The translations under genes and the position numbers were made by a program. The notes under the pieces were generated by a model that was given only the letters and a program-made list of their open reading frames with translations, was not told the DNA's origin and ran no database searches. This document shows, piece after piece, positions 11,901-22,550 of a stretch of 64,000 nucleotides of DNA (positions are counted from its first letter, which is position 1; the number at the start of each line of letters is the position of its first letter). This stretch comes from Pelomyxa schiedti (lineage: Eukaryota > Protista > Evosea): positions 36,615-100,614 of the forward strand of contig JAHLWZ010000826.1 in the NCBI GenBank assembly GCA_020536535.1, read 5' to 3'.

Positions 11901-12398
11901 CGCCGGCGAATTTCCGCAGAGAGCAACGTGGTGATACCTTTGGCCCCTGACCTCCAGAAAGGGGAGTGCTGGTGCGTTGCCGTGGTGAGAAGCCCAGCGC
12001 TAATGGAGATGTTCAGGGAGAAAACCACCTGGGCACTCGGGGTTGAGGAGGACGCCAAGCGCCGGCAGGAGATATTGGACAACAAACCCCACCAGTGCGC
12101 CCGCTGCGGAGTTACATACTGCGAGAAGGACAACAAGCAGCTCCCTGGCTCCTGCAGTTACCACCCCTGCGGAGTGTACGAGATAGTGCAAGGGCAGGAT
12201 TCCCCCCGCTTGTGGCTCCGCGACCTTGTCGCCATCAGGAAAAGGCAGAACGAAATCGCACAGGACCCAGAGCTGTCCAAGAAGGTGCGGATGGAGTGGG
12301 GGTGCTGCCTGCAGGCTCCAGGGCAGAACGTTGGCTGTCGGGCCACACTTCACACAACCGCGCCATCTTGTGCTGTGGAGAAGTCACCTTACTATTGA
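8997..12398 (+). CDS. Intronless 1133-aa AAA+ ATPase: SAM-like region, active AAA domain, degenerate second AAA domain, C-terminal Cys/His zinc motif
   Basis: Walker A GMLLYGPPGTGKT; Walker B CIDEID; sensor/second region of homology GGTNRREAIDTAIQRRL; degenerate 'VLVLDMDSLAG'; C-terminal CARC..YCEKDN....C.YHPCG...WGCC....GC...H. Confidence 0.85.
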   Translation: MSELSAVWDLVSLNRELDPGSHLDVDSLYGLFAKNCTSFQCTKEQMKVCIESKTLEEAESKWREEHPEIPQPPAPPCSRTSTSATTSSPTAFTPTLSAVVPLHTVANHTVAIEVFHHSRVSHTYFSANPAEDTYLRRAVTTLISSGDQYTPREVDRYAPVQVVRGADLRGAFSFDPLEGLMEIFVRRSDGGSFSGFWRGRVADGRVTHTLKVVESDDPDIVPLHQPVIAEVPPSEQSEPTMLHPREPSKKKPRVQPQLPPRQKQSSDQTLTEWVDNCYALHRRPNAESAVRALEAAAIFTIEQLLAIPTTLLQSVPNLSRGDCAFLLEQRVMHQKMITRDSPYKDDDQCKEIVVQAKLHRVRRYLHYYSGGKAIDNLRLLDPDCVRRGIEQLEHTFKNPPVIAAVREFMDTFTCTSAPPIRGMLLYGPPGTGKTLIIEALSEMCGLVMVEPIMMAAELNRGIVGETEKLIHDIFCRALKLPYLPCLVCIDEIDSAVPKRDESGSGGGNQHAADKVAAILGLIGGGTDVANLYIIGGTNRREAIDTAIQRRLPKQIYVGYPDRLSRFQLLDKWLITSKFSELLRTEALSDRLEARPKFFSITLLELIADLTLNFSGAALRELCNALMRNFEGWALNTSPSFGRVSYDVSGDKHTIRQSGQFVAFMHHARDVSTTFNLKVGSVCLVDLLSTTTELTTETIRRQVWIAPQFVSKRVSPERRTPPPTTTAPTLTTTTQCGTSLVVKRTSTPSLTERRSWVEMTTGLIVVRPNEGLLFQCEVLKLEGAGTLLHKFIPLRPLCPDCKKYAVDWCVVEGRRWIREHVLRIGLEVFPAVNEEDDHMLEATYKKRKKLAERQDQTIITSKVDTISTEDILREVTALATLRGLCRVIYVELSSFILHSGANTESKYLEEFTILVKQAIAPGSRCVLVLDMDSLAGAQWSSSEGSFGSRTFSIGNRQLFDLAVSTFLNCRRRISAESNVVIPLAPDLQKGECWCVAVVRSPALMEMFREKTTWALGVEEDAKRRQEILDNKPHQCARCGVTYCEKDNKQLPGSCSYHPCGVYEIVQGQDSPRLWLRDLVAIRKRQNEIAQDPELSKKVRMEWGCCLQAPGQNVGCRATLHTTAPSCAVEKSPYY

Positions 12399-12555
12399 TA
12401 CCTCAGATGCTCTCACAAGCGCCACTAAAGGAAAAACCCATCTCTCTTTCAGATAGGGGGAAAAAACCATGAAACAAAGATTTTTTCCCTTCACATAGTA
12501 ACTCGTTTTGAGTTTCAAGAACAACAAAGCAATAACATTGTGCATAAAGAGATTG

Positions 12556-14235
12556 TTAAATGCTAGAAAGTACAAGCCTCTTAATGGATTGGGCCAAGGT
12601 ATCTGCAATTTCCTGGAGGTGAGTGTATACCATGATCATAACTTGTAAGGAACCCGCGATGGTACCACACCACATGATCGGGTCGCGTGGTGTGAAGTTC
12701 TTCCCACCGGCAGTGAGTAAACTGGAGACACGGAAGAGGCTCCTTGGATTGTCTCCAGCTTCGTCGATCCCGAACTTGGTGCCGGCATCTCCCATGCTGG
12801 AAATCTGTGAACATAAGTTTTGTGAGAAGCTTTTGATTTGTGTTGTTGATTGTGGGTGTGGGCGATTACCATCACGTTCAGAGATTTGGGGTTGAAGTCA
12901 ACCATTGGGGTGTAGTCAGGCCCCAAAAATAGCTCACTTGAGTGCTGATGGATTGGGCCACCTGGAACGGATTGTGCTTGATGTGCCTGTGTCATCGCTG
13001 TGTGCCACTGGCGTGAGACTTCCCATAAACATGCGGTTTGCGCCTCTGTGGTGGATGAGGTTGGAACAGCGGGTTGGAATGGTGGTATAATGATATGTGA
13101 CACAGTAAATGAAAGCCCCATATCATCAGGTGGATGAAGGTTGACTGGGATACATCCAGTCACTGTGGGTGGGCATCCCAGTGCGAGGGTTTCCGCTGCC
13201 ATCAAAAGGCATGTTACGGTGGTGGAATTCAGCTTGCAGGCCTGGATAAAAGGATTACAAAATACCATACGGGTCAGCCAACACACCTTCAAAATTGCTG
13301 TCGTTTCAGCAACCGATAATTTGAATGCTGATTTAGTGTTTTTAACGATGGTACGATTGCGCTCAATAATCGGCAGATATTTCGCGTCAAAGGCATCCCA
13401 ACTTTCAGGCTCCAAAAATGAGGAACCTCAAGTGGAAGGAAGTCAGTGTCCAATATGAATATTAACTTCTCTCTGCCGAGTCTCACCAACGTGTCTGCAT
13501 TCGTGAGGTTGTGGAATGGGGAGTGGTGCAAGTGTTTCACCATTCAGTGCTTGTAAAAGGTCTCTGCACAAATTTGCAAGTGAAACTCCATCCTTGATCA
13601 AAAAAATCAAAAAGGGAATCAAAAAAGACAAAAGAAAACGCACGATGATGCTGTGAGAGAAGAGGAAATTCAAGAAAATGGCCTTGGAATCCCTGCAGGT
13701 GCTGACCACACACTTCCAAGTTCGTTGAAAGACCCAATCCTCACTTGAGTTTTTTTTAGTACGTAAATCTACTGGCACGAAACTACTTTGCGTGAGCCAT
13801 CAGTATTTGTTGGGCTTCAGAGGAAGACTCTAAATCACGGAAAGACAGAGGCAGCTCTTCATTTGAAATCGAAGGTGAAATCTTCAGGTATCTTGTTCCG
13901 CGTAAAATAATCTCGAGCACCACCAAGCAAATGGCCACAACAACAAAAAAAGAAGAAAAAGAACCTGTCAGAAGGAGGCCCAAACCGAGCCCGCAAAAAC
14001 GGGTGCCGAACACAGAGACCCGAAAAAGCAGCGATTGCACGTTGTCGAATTTCAGATGTCGGTAACGCGGGGTCGCTCTTGCACTCCACCTCGATGAGGC
14101 ACGACACCGTCCACAGTCCAAGACGATGTGGTATGAACTACAAAGTGCACGTGTAAGATCTCTACTAACGCATTAAAAGATTGTGAGGACCTCGGGTATC
14201 GACAGGCGGAACTCGACCACCTCGTGACTCGCCAT
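12556..14235 (-). CDS. Uncharacterised multi-exon gene, tandem copy A
   Basis: Begins MASHEVVEFRLSIPE. Peptides conserved with copy B include IEVECKSDPALP.SEI, SFRDLESSSEAQQILMAHAK, EPESWDAFDAKYLPIIERNRT and GDAGTKFGIDEAGDNPRSLFRVSS. Substitutions between the copies preserve these frames. Confidence 0.6.
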
Positions 14236-14439
14236 TTCCGAAACGTCAAAAAGAAAAACCTTGTTTCTTTGAAAGAGCAAAAAAAGAAAAGAAAAGAAAA
14301 AGGCCAACAGATCGGTTCTATTTATTGTGGGTGTGCTGGCTTTTGTTTGCTGCCGGCATGTGCCGTAGGATTCTGTTGGTTATGGGATGCTAAAGAGACG
14401 AGGGTGTTTGCTAGTCACACGTGAGTGTGAGTCCCAAAT

Positions 14440-16127
14440 TTAGATGCTAGAAAGTACAAGCCTTTTAATGGATTGGGCCAAGGTATCTGCAATTTCCTGG
14501 AGGTGAGTGTATACCAGGATAACAAACTGCAAAGAGCCCGCCAGCGTTCCACACCACATGATCGGGTCATGCGGTGTGAAGTCATTCCCACCAGCAGTGA
14601 GTAAACTGGAGACACGGAAGAGGCTCCTTGGATTGTCTCCAGCTTCGTCGATCCCGAACTTGGTGCCGGCATCTCCCATGCTGGAAATCTGTGAACATAA
14701 GTTTTGTGTTCGGTGAGAAGGATTTGATTTGTGTTGTTTGTTGATTGTGGTTTGGGCAATTACCATCACATTCAGAGATTTGGGGTTGAAGTCAACCATC
14801 GGCGTGTAGTCGGGACCCAAAAATATCTCACTTGAGTGCTGATGGATTGGGCCACCTGGAACGGATTGCGCTTGATGTGCCTGTGTCATCGCTGTGTGCC
14901 ACTGGCGTGAGAGTTCCCATAAACATGCGGTTTGCGCCTCTGTGGTGGATGAGGTTGGAACAGCGGGTTGGAATGGTGGTATAATGATATATGACACAGT
15001 AAATGAAAGCCCCATGTCATCAGGTGGATGAAGGTTGAGTGGGATACATCCAGTCACTGTGGGTGGGCATCCCAGTGCGAGGGTTTCAGCTGCCATAAAA
15101 AGGCACGGTACGGTGGTGGAATTCAGCTTGCAGGCCTGAATGAAAGATTACAAAATGCGCGAGTCAGACAAAGCACCTTCAAAATTGCTATCGTTTCAGC
15201 AACAGAGAACCTGAAGGTTGATCTGGTGGCTTTAACGATGGTACGATTGCGCTCAATAATCGGCAGATATTTCGCGTCAAAGGCATCCCAACTTTCAGGC
15301 TCCAAAAATGAGGAACCTCAAAATGGAAATCAGTGTCCAATTTCAATGTTTATCTTCTCTCTGCTGAGTCTCACCAACGTGTCTGCATTCATGAGGTTGT
15401 GGAATGGGGAGTGGTGCAAGTGTTTCACCATTCAGTGCTTGTAAAAGGTCTCTGCACAAATTTGCAAGTGAAACGCCATCCTTGATCAAAAAAATGAAAA
15501 AGGGAATCAAAAAAGACAAAAGAAAACGCACGATGATGCTGTGAGAGAAGAGGAAATTCAAGAAAATGGCCTTGGAATCCCTGCAGGTGCTGACCACACA
15601 CTTCCAAGTTCGTTGAAAGACCCCACCCTCACTTGATTTTTTTTGTAAGTGCGTAATATCACAGGCAACACAAGGCTACTTTGCGTGAGCCATCAGTATT
15701 TGTTGGGCTTCAGAGGAAGACTCTAAATCACGGAAAGACAAGGGGAGCTCTTCATTTGAAATTGAAGGTGGAATCTTCAGGTATCTTGGTACCCGGGAAT
15801 AAGCTCAAACACATATCACAAATGGTAAACAACAACAACAAAGAAGAACCTGTCAGAGGGAGGCCCAAACCGAGCCCGCAAAAACGGATGTCGAACACAG
15901 AGACCCGAAAAAGCAGCGATTACACGTCGCTGAATTTCGGATTTTGGTAACGCGGGGTCGCTCTTGCACTCCACCTCGATGAGGCACGACACCGTCCACA
16001 GTCCAAGACGATGTGGTATGAACTACGAGAGAAAAAAAGAAGAAAAATCCAAGGTAAACGTAAGATAGTAATGAGTGCTGACCTCGGGTATCGACAGGCG
16101 GAACTCGACCACCTCGTGACTCGCCAT
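14440..16127 (-). CDS. Uncharacterised multi-exon gene, tandem copy B
   Basis: Nucleotide duplicate of 12560-14240, offset by ~1.89 kb. Exons are much more similar than introns. Confidence 0.6.
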
Positions 16128-16403
16128 TTCCGAAACGACAATTGGAAAAAAAAATGCAATTACGGCGTTTGATCTCCCGGAGATCAAGCAGAGACAATTC
16201 TGCAGAGGAGTGCACTTCAAAGTTGTGTCAGGAAGACCAGTGCTTCAAGACAAGTATCTTTAGAAAGAGCTTGAGACAGGGCGTGATGACACACCGTTCT
16301 CTTAGATTAATCCGAATCCCTCACCCTGGCGCACTGGTGGAGTTGTATTTGATCGTATTCACCTAAGTAACCTTACTCAGACGTTACGAGAGTTTAGTTT
16401 GAA

Positions 16404-18601
16404 ATGACTACGATACCCACCAAGGAAGGGAGGGTTGTGTTGTTTGGGCCTGGTGGCGTTGGAAAATCCACACTCATGGAATCGTGCGTTGTTGCGTGTT
16501 TGTCACAGTCTTCGTGTTTATTGCTCTCCGGGACTAGCTTTTGTTCTTATCTCTTTTCTTTTTTTGCAGGTACTGCAGTGGGCGATGGTGTGAGTATCTT
16601 TACGAGGGTTCGCTGGAAGTTTCTGTGGGTCTCCCAGCCATTCGTGACGTTTCTTTTAATTCGTTTAATCACGATGGAGTAGTATAGAAAAGTGTTGGCT
16701 GTTGATACCGTTCAAGTGATCTTGGACTTTTGGGATAGGTAGGAGGTTACTTGTTATCAACATTGTGGGGAAAAAAAAAAGTGCAGGGCAAGAAGAATAC
16801 TCTGCGATACGGCAGCTCTAGTAAGTAAATCAAAAGTGAGATCTTTATAATGCTCTTGGCAAACTCTCTTCAATCAGTCTCGATAGAGCAAATGTGATCC
16901 TTTTATGCTTTGCTCTAAATGATCGAAGTACCTTTGATGAAGCTTTGACACAATATTTACCTGAAATTAGGAAAGTAGCACAGGTACTCAATAAGACTGG
17001 TTTCCCCATTCGTCTTCTAAGTTTCTTTTAGGTGGTAGTCATACTGGTTGGCCTCAAACTGGACCTTATAGACCCGGCAGCAACCACCAGTGGCGTATGT
17101 ACTTTACTTTGCATGGAACCTCTTACTCATTGAGATCTGCAGTCACCTCTAGGGACCTATGTATCATTTCAAGAGGGCACTTCTGCAGTCATAAAAAATG
17201 CGCTGTATGGCTATTTTCAATGCAGGTAGGTGTGTGGGTCTATCTTTTTCCGTAACATTATTACCAATCAAAATTTTAAGTTCAAAGCAGTATGTTGGTT
17301 TGGACAACCTCTTTGAGGAAGTATGCAGAGCTGGGATGTTTTCTGATGCAAAGTCTGTATCCAAGTCTACCATGGTAGCCAAGAAATCTGGATTCTTCAG
17401 CTTTTTTTCCAAAAAATCGCATAACAAGCCAACACACTCTACAAAACCGTAAGTGTGCCGCCTCACAAGGGTCTTTTCCTCATTTTATTCAGTGCTCACC
17501 ATATCACGGTGGATATAGCAGCGGCAACTGCTGTGCAAAGCTCACTGAGTGTCATCCCGAACTGCATTTGGCTTCGTATGCAAAACGCAGGCCAAAATGA
17601 TTCTACCTCACCACTCAATAGTTGTAATGGAATACCTTGACTTTGTTGCACTAATCCGGGTCTCTCGAACATGCAAGCTATTATACCACCTGGCCAAGAC
17701 AGAGCCAATATGGACAAATGCATTCCGTGGAGTTTGGATTTACCCTGGTTGTGTTAAAGGATTGAGTTGGAAAAACACCACATTCACGTGGGATCTAGCA
17801 AAGTGTTTCCAGAACTATGTTCCCCCTCCACCGAGACGCCGGCGTGTAAGTTTTAGCAAGATTGTCCAATTCTCAGATTGCGCAGTCCAGTTCAGATGAC
17901 ATTGTATGCTTTGGGCCAAATACGAGTATCTTGCTGTTCAACAACAAGTATTGTCCAATGAAAGACCTGACTGTTGGTGACCAAGTTCTTGCTTTCTATC
18001 CCACTGACGGAGATAATGGTGGCTTCTTATCTTCTACTATCGTTCATTGCATTTGGAAGTGTGCACTTTACAATACTATAAAATCTCACTCCGACTTAGA
18101 TGTCCGGTGCGTAAACCAACTCCGATGATTGTTATTAGCAGCAAATCGGCGACACCGCCAACCACTGAGCCAATTCTTGAAATCACACCGGACCACCCTA
18201 TCCTACTTCTGAACGGCCGCTTTTCGCGGCACTCTGTTGTATCACAAGCAACCAATAATCCCTACAAGTGGTGCCTGCCAACATCTGTTGGTGAACCGCA
18301 GATGGTTGATGTGGAGTATGTCTACAACCTGGCCCTGCAGCCACTCCCACTCCCACAGCAACAACAACACAAAACACCTTCACCATGCATCAACAGCAGC
18401 CAGTCCAACTCACACCGGAACGGTGATGACACACAGAGCCGTGGGGGTGTGATAGTTGGTGGATGGTGTTGCTGCACACTTGGGATGAGTGTTCCTGGAT
18501 ACCCTGACGACTGGTGGGGCACGGACCGGGTCATCCAGTGGCTAGAGTCCAGGCCCGACTTCCCAAATGTGCAATCACAGCCCCCGCACAACAAGAGCTA
18601 A
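16404..18601 (+). CDS. Spliced fusion gene: Ras/Rho-like small GTPase + F-box + Hint (Vint-type) domain
   Basis: G1 GPGGVGKST; YRK...LDFWDSAGQEEYSAIRQLY (G3); VILLCFALNDRSTF; G4 VGLKLDL; G5-like YFQCSSK. F-box LSVIPNCIWLLVMEYLDFVALIRVSRTCKLLYHLAKTEPIW. Hint CFGPNT...DLTVGDQV...LEITPDHPI...VYNLAL...GGVIVGGWCCCTLG...WWGTDRVIQWL. Joined in frame by GT-AG introns at 17449-17492, 17576-17621, 17846-17876 and 18059-18099. Confidence 0.8.
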
Positions 18602-18676
18602 AAAATAAAATAAAAATTGGTTGTTAAAGTAGCCAAGTTGGTAACGGTTTTGGTTTTTTTCTCTCAAAACAGACAC

Positions 18677-20316
18677 ATGGAAGAACAGAGAAGGCGTGCG
18701 TCCCACGGCGGCACCAAACAAACACAAGAAACACGCGACGAGAAGGTTTTCCGCTCAGAGGGACGTTGCACACGGAAATGTTTTTGTTTTTTGAAGTACT
18801 TTCTTCTCTTTTGTGGCGCTCTGATCTTTTTTCTGGCGACTTTGCTTGTTACTTTGGAAGCATGCGTATATTTCCACCGAGGGTTTTCCAGGTAGGTTTC
18901 TCTTTTTCGTCACCAATTCAAATTTTAAGGTTGGAGATTCCTGCCCCTGTTAAATTTTCAGATGCCAGTGTGGTGCAAGGGAGAGACTCCTCAATTTCAG
19001 TTCATACAGATTTCAATCTCCTCTCACTGCTTGTACCCAGCTCTGAGTACCACTGGACCTACGAAGATGAAGATTAATCGATTTTATATATTATTCGCTG
19101 AAAAGTGATGGGTCTCCCGCGGGCACAACTGCGACCATCGAGTACGACAGTTGGTTCGGCACTGTGCAGGTCAGGTGCCATATGACTGATGTTTCCTTCT
19201 CTCAGGGTTATGTAACACTGGTCCTTTCTTGTGCAGGGTCAGCGACAACTTACCAACGCAAAACTCACACAACCGGCGATGTTGAAGCAACCTTAGTTTG
19301 CACTACTGCCGTCAGCCTCACAAATGACTGGCGTATTGTTTGCAATCCCTCAGTGCAGGTGAGATGGACCCACCTGGAATATGGAGGTTATTTTCAAGAG
19401 CAGTTGGAAGCTTGGAAAAACTGGATCATAGAGCCCTGGCGAGTGAGCTTCTCTTTCAATCTCACATTTTACTCAGTCACACTGTTAGATCGAATCTTGG
19501 ATTTCTGAGAAATTGTCCCAAGTTCCAATACGTGAGACGTTAAACCGGATGTGGCAACATCTCAATGATGCTATTCAGATAAGCACTGTTGAGCTGTCAA
19601 ACTTCAAAGCTGAAGATGTATGGCTGCAACTAAATCCGAACGCATTGTCGGTGTCACCACTCACATTCTCTGGAGTGTGGATGCATGTTTCCATTGACCT
19701 TTCCTGCAAACCGGTCATTGCCCTTGGTTATAAGCCAGCCTCTAGCTCTCCTGTTACGGGGTGCCCAAGCTTCTCTTCCGTGATCTCTGACCGCGGAATT
19801 GATGCAGCACTGGCATTTCACCTTCCTTACACTGCATTACACATGGAAGCATCGAGGCTGCTGCCGTTTGTGATCGGACCCACTGGATTTTATAGAGCAA
19901 AAATAACAGTGAAATCTGTGCAACTTTACTCTTCAGGGAGAATGATTGTTGCCGCAGTTGATGTTGATGCCAACAAAGTGAGCAATGCCACTGGAGTACT
20001 TGATCTCTGGGGAGAACTACAATGGGACTCAGCCAACAGAAGGCTTTCTGTTACTGATGTTGACTTCCACCCAGAAACCAAGAAGTACATCGAAGGAATG
20101 TTTGCATGCACTGACTGGTTGCTCCATGACAGCCGTCTCAAGGAATTTATTTCACGTGAACTCAATTGGAACCTCGGACTTCAACTTGAAAAACTGAGGG
20201 AGCATGTGTCAGAAAACCACAGATCCTCCAGCAATGCGGACTACAGTTTTGGTCTGCACAGTTTTGACGTACAGAGTGTTGTTGCAGATGACTCGGGGAT
20301 GATCAAGTCACTCTGA
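18677..20316 (+). pseudogene. DUF4403-like gene, copy 2 (frameshift near 19075-19090, altered 3' end)
   Basis: High similarity to 3507-5255 with the same intron positions. The frame 'YEDED*' shifts to 'YYSLKSDG' across 14 nt with no GT-AG intron. Confidence 0.7.
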
Positions 20317-20626
20317 GACATAACTGGATAGGCTGTGATTTCGTCCAAAGTTGTTGAAATTAAAGAACATTTTCAAGCGGGCCGAATCAAGATCAGTGAG
20401 TGTAGCGTTGGGTAGAATCGTTCATCTTAATCGCCTCGACATTGGCCTGAAAGGCTGAGAGTTTGTACCCCATCCTTGAACCATCACTTCCGACACATTC
20501 AACATTGTGAAAACGAGGCGAACGCGGCCCAGTGGAAGAAAAAATTAATTATATTTGCCTCAAGTGCCATTCCATGTGAAAGCACAACAAAATAAGTACA
20601 CTTAGCACGGTGATCTTCAGTTGGAC

Positions 20627-21495
20627 TCAGAGCATCAAAGCAGCAGCAATTACGCTCCAAGACAACAGTGCAGAGACAAGGTGCACGCCCAAAGGTGAAG
20701 CACCAGAGGTTTGCCCAGAGTTCCCTGGAATTGTGAAAGAGAACCCCGCTGGCTCCGTATACTTTGTCACAGAACCCTGGTACAAGCGGCTGCGAGGGGT
20801 TTCTACCTCGACCTCAATCACCGCGAGGAGCACATCTGCTGTAGAGTATGTTGTTTTGCTGACATCAATGGAGTATGTCACCATGATGTTCATTTCGAAG
20901 TCAGAGGCAGTGGAAGCTTCTGAGGAGACCGAGGAGGATGACCCAGAGTAGGCAATGAGAACCTCTGCGGCAAGAATGACAATTGAAGACTGAGGGACAC
21001 CAAACGCAGTGCTAATGTCAACAGTGAACACGGAAAAGAAGTTCCCATTTGTCCAGGTTGAATAAGCTGTAGATTATTATGTAAGTCATGATTCCCAGTT
21101 CAACAAGGGAGAAACTTACGCATATTTGACAAGGTGTGATTGAAGTACACAAGGTTGGTGGCAGAATTGTGCGTAGTTGAATCTCCAGTTGGGGTGTTGT
21201 AGTAGTAATAGTAGTAGTAGTAATAGTTGTTGTTATTGTTGTTATTGTTGTTGTTGTCATTGTTGTTGTTGTTATTGTTGTCATTGTTGTTGTTGTTATT
21301 GTTGTCGTTGTTGTTGTTGTTATTATTGTTGTTGTTATTGTTGTTCCCAGTGCAGGATGTTGTTGGCATCGAAGCCGTACTGGTGGAAGTTGTTGTGTTG
21401 GTTGTATTGGTGGTGTTGGTTGCAGAAACAAGGATTATCTCGGTGCTCAACACTGCACATAGAATGCATACGATACTGAAGGTTGTGGAGTTCAT
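20627..21495 (-). CDS. Secreted, probably GPI-anchored surface protein with Thr-, Asn- and Tyr-rich low-complexity N-terminus
   Basis: Signal-peptide-like MNSTTFSIVCILCAVLSTEIILVSA; poly-Asn followed by 9 Tyr. The second exon (20627-21031) ends in the hydrophobic tail GASPLGVHLVSALLSWSVIAAALML*. Confidence 0.65.
21197..21347. repeat. Coding trinucleotide microsatellite (AAC/AAT/GAC, then TAC/TAT on the - strand)
   Basis: (GTT/ATT)n and (GTA)n runs are visible directly in the sequence. Confidence 0.95.
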
Positions 21496-22550
21496 GTTGG
21501 TTGTGTTGGTTGCTTGTGGTTTTTTCTGTTTGTGAGCTTTTGGTTATTCAGGCCTGAATAAAAAGCCTCGTTCCCCAAAATTGGGTTTTCTCTGGTTCTG
21601 CGTTTTTCATAACAGAAATACATCGTGAGAGAAAACCAAAAAAATCTTTCGGTGGCAGAAACGACGGTGTTTCTTCGATGACATGATCACCCACAAGAAA
21701 ATCGATTCCTTGTTGTTGACAGCAGTTTGATTTCTCACATCAATCACCGTGTTCATAAGAATGTGCGCGGTGCACCACGATGGCTGTGTTTTGGAAACAG
21801 CCACTCACTGAGCTACAAGTCCATCAAAGTGCTACCACAGACGGTCGCAAAAATTAATCGGAGAGAAAGTGACTGAAAGACAATCCAAGAAACGACTTTA
21901 CCACACGCACGCCATCAGCTTTCTCTCCTTGAGGATTTGTTTTCAAACCCTAACCTCTAGGTTCACCCTTAGCTGACCGAATGTGGGACGGGGTTGTAGA
22001 GACAAACCGCGGCGTAGGAATCTTCGGGTACGATTTAGCAAGTAGTTTGGCACTCGGGGATCACCAGCATTTCAATGCGCCTTTCTTCTATTGAAGCCTA
22101 GTAACTATAACTCCGTTGTACCAGGATGCCAAACTGCTCATGCTTTGCAAACGAGTAAAAGATGATTGCGGACCAGACAAGGTCCCAATCAGTGACATAT
22201 AGGCAGGAAATATCATTGATGAATAACTGAATTTACTTTCGTCATCACACCTTGATACCTGTGAAATGACTTGGATGTTTTACATACATTCTTCCACTTG
22301 AAGCACTTCCAAAACAGCACCAATAATATCAGACAAGATTTACCTCTATAACTGTAGCTCATTGGTGGCTTAACTCAGAGAATCAATCAGGTCGGCTCTT
22401 CCAAATTGGAAAAAATCTGTTTTCTCATCAGATTTCATTTCCCTGGAAAAATTTGGAGGAAATTAATTCTGGTGGTATACCCTCTCTTTTTTTCGGAATG
22501 CGTTGTCACTCTTGCAATACAAGGCCATTCAGAGCTACTTCTCATCTGCC

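Noticed and set aside
12581-12814. His-rich frame 'WYHRGFLTSYDHGIH' resembling a cupin/JmjC site
   Set aside because: The equivalent frame in the tandem copy has a TGA stop. The conserved frame is a different one.
21177-21535. Poly-Leu and poly-Cys ORFs on the + strand
   Set aside because: Alternative readings of the trinucleotide microsatellite.
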